The notes below the pieces were generated by a model. It was not told where the DNA came from. It did no database searches and worked only from the letters and a program-made list of their open reading frames with translations. 64,000 nucleotides of DNA from Candidatus Latescibacterota bacterium (lineage in GTDB: Bacteria; Latescibacterota; UBA2968; GCA-2709665), in the NCBI GenBank assembly GCA_965219455.1, contig OZ244744.1, positions 1,472,001-1,536,000 on the forward strand. The letters run 5' to 3'. This document shows positions 59,216 to 64,000 of the stretch, one piece after another. The position numbers and the translations under genes are program-made. Position 1 is the first letter of the stretch; each line of letters starts with the position of its first letter.

Positions 59216-59626
59216 ATGAACGAAGAACACGTGCAAATCATAGCGAAGGACGGTGAGCCCGAATATGCGGTTATCCCGATTGTGGCGTACCGCCGCATGA
59301 CAGCGGCGCTCGAAGACGCGGACGATACTGCGGCCATCGACAGGGCATGGGCCGATGACGCCGCGGGCGAGACGGTCCCGGGTGAGGTCGTGAAGGGTAT
59401 ACTCGATGGTGGATCGCCGTTGCGGGTATGGCGAAAGCACCGGGGGTTCACGCTGGCCGCGCTTGCCCGGTTGGTTGGCGTTTCGAAGGGGTATTTGTCA
59501 CAGATTGAGAACGGGCGCAAATCCGGTACACTCGACCTGTTCCGCAGACTCGCCGGCGCGCTCGACGTGTCGATGGACCAGTTGGTCGAACCGGCGCCAC
59601 CCCCAGTTCGACGAGGGGAGGGATGA
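59216..59626 (+). CDS. XRE-HTH antitoxin-like regulator (no adjacent toxin)
   Basis: VQII.KDGEPEYAVIP N-terminus plus LRVWRKHRG.T..LA..VGVSKGYLSQIE. Confidence 0.8.
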   Translation: MNEEHVQIIAKDGEPEYAVIPIVAYRRMTAALEDADDTAAIDRAWADDAAGETVPGEVVKGILDGGSPLRVWRKHRGFTLAALARLVGVSKGYLSQIENGRKSGTLDLFRRLAGALDVSMDQLVEPAPPPVRRGEG

Positions 59627-59833
59627 TCGCAGCCCGAGGAGGGAGCGGACGTTCTGCCTGCCAGGTCGGGTCCGGTGACACACGCTCAGGTATCGTCCGG
59701 CGCCGCAGGCTTTTCTTCTGTCTCTTTGCCAACAGTGAGTCAATGATGTGGGCAGACAGGAATGTCTACCCCACCTTCAAACCGACTTCCTCAACAGGAC
59801 AGTATTGGCCATAGAAACAAGACAGGAGCAGCG

Positions 59834-60307
59834 GTGTTGCGACGAGTCATCCACGGGGCATTCGTGTTCGTAATGGCATTTGTCCTGATGGGACCGTTTT
59901 CGCACTTCATGGTCGCGCAGTCCGGCTGGCTCCACGCGATGGGGTTGGGGTTGGGATGGGGTCTGGCGCTGGGATTGATCGTGGGTCTGGGCAGCGACAT
60001 CAGCACAGGCATTGGGATGGTGCTGGGTCTGGGAGTCGGCGCCGGGGTTTACTGGGGCCCGTTCGACGGGGTGATCGTCGGGTTTGTCGCGGCCATACCG
60101 GCCGCCATGGGCGTGGGCTTTGTATCGGTGCTGCTGGACTGGAGCCTTGGAGCGGGGCTCTTCTGGGGTCTGTCGCTCGGCATCAGCGCCGTCTTGCTGG
60201 TATTGTTGGAGGGCGGATGGGTCGTTTTCGCGGCCGCCGCCACAGGGTGCGTAGCCGGGCTTGGCGTGCGGGTTCTGCTGAGGCTTTGGTCGACGCGAAG
60301 CGGGTGA
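59834..60307 (+). CDS. Glycine-rich multi-pass membrane protein
   Basis: Repeated GxxxG hydrophobic segments; the longer ORF start lies inside a REP-like hairpin, so GTG 59834 is preferred. Confidence 0.5.
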   Translation: MLRRVIHGAFVFVMAFVLMGPFSHFMVAQSGWLHAMGLGLGWGLALGLIVGLGSDISTGIGMVLGLGVGAGVYWGPFDGVIVGFVAAIPAAMGVGFVSVLLDWSLGAGLFWGLSLGISAVLLVLLEGGWVVFAAAATGCVAGLGVRVLLRLWSTRSG

Positions 60308-60450
60308 CGCGCGCGAACCGGCGGGTTCCCGGCAACGCGCCTGCCACGTTGAGGAAACACTGGTAAGCGCGAACGCCTCCAATCCGATAGCAGCCGCTCA
60401 ATCGCTCCACTTTTTGAAGACGAGGATCCATATAAACCTGCCGGGAGGGC

Positions 60451-63138
60451 ATGATGCGCCGTTTCATTCTCGTTGTTTCACACCTCCTCTTCGCGTCCAT
60501 GTTGGTCCCGGTCGTGAGTGCCGAAGAGGCCAGCCCCGACACCACCGCGCCCGACACCGCGAAAGTGGACGCCAAAAAGGCCGTGGCGGACTCGAGCGGG
60601 AAAAAAGAAAAGAAAAAGAAGAAGAAAACCTTTGAGGAGGTCACGAAGGACTTCGAAGTGGTCAGGGGTCTCTTTACCGTGTACCGAAAGGACGACGAAG
60701 GCAAAGTATACCTGGAGATCAAGCCCAGGCAGTTCGACAGGCTCTACCTCTGCGCCGTCACCCGCGAGGCGGCCGACGGTTATTTCTTCGACGCCACGGC
60801 CCTGATCCCCAGCTTTATGAACTACGGCTTTCCCTTTATCCTCAAACGCATCGGAAAAAACGTGCAGTTCCTGCACAAAAACGTCTACTTCCGGGCGGAC
60901 GAGGACGCCCCGATCGCCGATGCGGTCCGTCGAAGCGTCACCAATTCCATCCTGAGCGTCGCGAAAATCGTGGAGAGCGAGCCCCATCCGGAAAGGAAGA
61001 GCATCCTCGTGGACGCTGGCGGTTTTTTCCTCAAGGACCTCACCATGGTTGCGGCCGCGTTCAAAGACCGCAAGGTAAAGTACAAGTTCGATGGCAAGAA
61101 CAGCTACTTCGGAAAGGTGAAATCCTTCCCGCTGAACACGGAAATCGAAGTCGTCCTTCACTTCAACACGGCCAACCCCGAATTCGAGGCGTACACCTTC
61201 CCCGACCCACGCAGTTTTCAGCACGTTTACCATTACAGCCTTTCGACGTTGCCCCGGACGAGCTATCGACCCAGGCTGGGAGACGACCGGGTCGGCCACT
61301 TCCATACCATATACCAGGATTACAACACGGTTCAGAAGGAGACTCCGTACACCCGGTACGTGGAACGTTGGAACCTGCAGAAGGAGAATCCCCGGGCAAA
61401 ACTATCGAAACCCAGACAGCCGATCGTCTTCTGGCTGGAAAAGACGGTTCCCGTGAAATACAGGGAAGCCCTGAAGAAAGGCCTCCTGATGTGGAATGAG
61501 GCCTTCAAACGCATCGGCTTCAAGGAAGCCGTCGTGGTCAGGCAGCAGCCGCACGACGCGGATTGGGATGCCGCGGACGCGCGCTACAACATGGTCCGCT
61601 GGTTCGTGAACCCGCGCAGGGTATATGCCCAGGGGCCCTCGCGCGCCAACCCGCTCACGGGTGAACTCTTCAACGCGAGCATCCGTTTCAGCGCCGATTT
61701 TCCACGGTCGATGTTCCGAGAATACGAGGAATTCGTGGACCCCGTAACCGACGCCGGCGGCCCTGTGCCGGCGCAGGATCGAACGAGGGACTATTGGCGG
61801 GGATTCTGCGACTACGCGGAAGGCGTTGCGCACCAGGCCGCCTTTTCCGGAAACCTGCTGGCCGTCCGGGGAGAAATCGACCTTGCGGGGAAGGGCGGCC
61901 AGAAATTCATCAACGACTATCTGACCATGATCGCCGCCCACGAAATGGGGCACACACTGGGCCTTCGGCATAACTTCAGGGCCAGCACCCTGCATCCCAC
62001 GGACCGCCTGCAGGACAAAGAGGCTGTAAAGGACCTGTCCAGTTCGGTAATGGACTACCTGCCCCCCAATATCGCGCCTGAGGGAGAAAAGCAGGGGCAC
62101 TACTTTCCCACGACACTGGGTCCCTACGACAAATGGGCGATCGAATACGCGTACAAGCCCATCGACGCCGAAAGCCCCGAAGCGGAACGGGCGGAATTGG
62201 ACAAAATCGCCGCCAAAGTCGCCGACCCCAGGGTCGCCTACGGCACGGATGAAGACGCCTTCGGGGCGCCCCGCGGCATCGATCCAACGGTCAATCGTTG
62301 GGACCTGGGCGCCGATCCACTGGCTTTCCACGGGAATCGTATCGCCCTTGCGAAAGAACTCTGGCGAAAAATGGAGGGCGCGTTCGAGGTTCCGGGAAGG
62401 CGGTACCAGAAACTGCGGAGGGTGTTCGGACAGGGCCTGACGGAGTACTTACTCGCCGGACGCAATATCACGAAGTACATCGGCGGTATCTATCACCGGC
62501 GCGACCACGTGGGCGACCCCGGCAACCGGCTTCCGTTCAAACCGGTCCAGGCAGCCAGACAACGGGAGGCGTTCGACTTTCTCAAAGCGCACATCTTCGG
62601 TCCGAACGCCTTCACTTTTTCCCCGGAATTGATGCGTAAACTCGCCCCCGAACGCCTCTGGGGCTTCACGGGCGCGGTCTGGCGCATGCAACGTCTCGAC
62701 TATCCGATCCACAGCCGGATTCTGGGCATCCAGCGCGGCCCCCTGAGCGCGCTGTATCATCCGCTGCTGCTGGGCAGGCTGCAGGACATGGAACTCTGGG
62801 CAGGCGGCGACGCATTCGGCATGCCCGAACTCTTCGACGGCCTCCGGGAGGCCATCTGGACGGAACTGGAATCCGGCGGCAACATCAACAGCTTCCGTCG
62901 AAACCTCCAGCGCATGCACCTTGACCACGTCGTTGCCCTCGTCGTGAAACCGCCCCGCGACGCTCCGGCCGACGCCTCCTCGCTGGCGCGCGCCGACCTC
63001 GTGTCCCTGACAACCGCCATCCGGAACGTCCTCTCCAACACCGGGCTGGACCGCCAGACCCGCGCCCACCTGGAGGAGAGCGTCGCGCGCATCGATGCGG
63101 CCCTGGAGGCGGGCGTGCAACGTCACCTGGGAGGGTAG
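60451..63138 (+). CDS. Secreted zinc-dependent metalloprotease (DUF5117/DUF4953, EcxA-like)
   Basis: Signal peptide, PRLGDDRVG, HEMGHTLGLRHNF, SSVMDY and GPYDKWAIEYAY. Confidence 0.9.
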   Translation: MMRRFILVVSHLLFASMLVPVVSAEEASPDTTAPDTAKVDAKKAVADSSGKKEKKKKKKTFEEVTKDFEVVRGLFTVYRKDDEGKVYLEIKPRQFDRLYLCAVTREAADGYFFDATALIPSFMNYGFPFILKRIGKNVQFLHKNVYFRADEDAPIADAVRRSVTNSILSVAKIVESEPHPERKSILVDAGGFFLKDLTMVAAAFKDRKVKYKFDGKNSYFGKVKSFPLNTEIEVVLHFNTANPEFEAYTFPDPRSFQHVYHYSLSTLPRTSYRPRLGDDRVGHFHTIYQDYNTVQKETPYTRYVERWNLQKENPRAKLSKPRQPIVFWLEKTVPVKYREALKKGLLMWNEAFKRIGFKEAVVVRQQPHDADWDAADARYNMVRWFVNPRRVYAQGPSRANPLTGELFNASIRFSADFPRSMFREYEEFVDPVTDAGGPVPAQDRTRDYWRGFCDYAEGVAHQAAFSGNLLAVRGEIDLAGKGGQKFINDYLTMIAAHEMGHTLGLRHNFRASTLHPTDRLQDKEAVKDLSSSVMDYLPPNIAPEGEKQGHYFPTTLGPYDKWAIEYAYKPIDAESPEAERAELDKIAAKVADPRVAYGTDEDAFGAPRGIDPTVNRWDLGADPLAFHGNRIALAKELWRKMEGAFEVPGRRYQKLRRVFGQGLTEYLLAGRNITKYIGGIYHRRDHVGDPGNRLPFKPVQAARQREAFDFLKAHIFGPNAFTFSPELMRKLAPERLWGFTGAVWRMQRLDYPIHSRILGIQRGPLSALYHPLLLGRLQDMELWAGGDAFGMPELFDGLREAIWTELESGGNINSFRRNLQRMHLDHVVALVVKPPRDAPADASSLARADLVSLTTAIRNVLSNTGLDRQTRAHLEESVARIDAALEAGVQRHLGG

Positions 63139-63197
63139 GAATCCCCAAAGCTGGTATCGCACGGCAACTTCACCGCGTGCCGATCAACGGAGCGACT

Positions 63198-64000
63198 ATG
63201 CCAAAATCCTCTGATATCCGTATCCGCAACGTCGAACTCGACTTTGAAGCATACCCCTACCGTACCCCGCTCAAATTCGGGGGCGTGGTCACAACCCACT
63301 GCAAGTTGATGAACGTTTCCATCGACGTCGAAAACGGAGCGGGCGCCGTGGCTTCCGGTTTCGGATCCATGCCCCTGGGCAATGCCTGGTCCTTTCCCTC
63401 TCAGACCGTCGGATTCGAGGACTCGATGCAGGCGATGGTCCGGCTCGGCGAACGTATGGTTGCTGACACACGCACCCACCGCGACAGCGGGCATCCCATC
63501 GACACCATGGCGGATCTGGAATCTCGGTTTCTCGACCTCGCCGTGGAAACCGGCGGGGAATTGAACCTGGCGGAGCCCATTCCCAGGCTCTGTACCCTGG
63601 TTACCGCCAGCCCCATCGACGCCGCGCTGCACGACGCCTACGGAAAGGTCAACCGAATCAACGCCTACGACGGTCTCTCCGCCGAATGGATGAACCACGA
63701 CCTGGCCCGATATCTCAACGAGGACTTCAGCGGCGAATATCCGGACCGGTACACCCTGCGGAACCCCAAGCCGCGGATGCCGATCTACCACCTCGTCGGC
63801 GCCCTCGATCCACTCACCGACGCGGACGTCGAGCAGCGCCTGGGCGACGGCCTGCCCGAGACCCTTCCCGAATGGATCCGCGCGGACGGCCTGACCCACC
63901 TGAAAGTCAAACTCAATGGCGACGACCTGGCCTGGGACGTGGACCGCGTGTGCGATATCGACGCCGTCACCGCCCGGACACAGGCCGATCGCGGCGTTTC
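63198..64000 (+). CDS. Mandelate racemase / enolase-superfamily protein (runs off the window end)
   Basis: Manual translation MPKSSDIRI...RTPLKFGG...SPIDAALHDAYGK...HLKVKL; absent from the ORF track because no stop lies in the window. Confidence 0.75.
   Translation, partial: MPKSSDIRIRNVELDFEAYPYRTPLKFGGVVTTHCKLMNVSIDVENGAGAVASGFGSMPLGNAWSFPSQTVGFEDSMQAMVRLGERMVADTRTHRDSGHPIDTMADLESRFLDLAVETGGELNLAEPIPRLCTLVTASPIDAALHDAYGKVNRINAYDGLSAEWMNHDLARYLNEDFSGEYPDRYTLRNPKPRMPIYHLVGALDPLTDADVEQRLGDGLPETLPEWIRADGLTHLKVKLNGDDLAWDVDRVCDIDAVTARTQADRGV

Noticed and set aside
8703-63899. Long antisense ORFs (e.g. 8703-9653, 10289-11299, 25055-26107, 57880-58953, 61402-62331, 63123-63899)
   Set aside because: Shadow frames of well-supported genes in GC-rich DNA, with no recognisable motifs

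Overview
GC-rich bacterial chromosomal window, probably from a diderm (it encodes a TonB-dependent receptor and a porin remnant). The left third is housekeeping or metabolic: a CHAD protein, a pstSCAB-phoU operon with Pho-box-like repeats, a NUDIX-coxD-coxE-xdhC cluster, sigma54-driven pspA and two PhyH dioxygenases, interspersed with toxin-antitoxin modules, REP-like repeats and a MITE. About 28.1-57.5 kb is a dense defence island: higBA, an AAA_21 ATPase, a DUF6932-like NTase plus HTH-metallopeptidase, hepT/mntA, a sacsin-like GHKL-ATPase/HNH protein plus SNF2 helicase, a Type IIG/ISP-like RM fusion, an Mrr-like nuclease, an unnamed WHGYP plus putative beta-propeller pair, TIR plus SLOG-TIR, Uma2, DUF5131/TcmP and a YgiT-finger/HEPN-like fusion. 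The most striking structure is not a gene. The island is a tandem array of units built as [3' end of the ATPase gene] - cargo - [5' end of the RM gene], with all three cargos starting at the same nucleotide (after TGAGGGCT). Similar displaced gene-end scars occur behind the RM gene and behind a radical SAM gene. This suggests integrase-free, gene-end-anchored accretion of defence cassettes. All family calls come from motif recognition by eye; no database searches were run.
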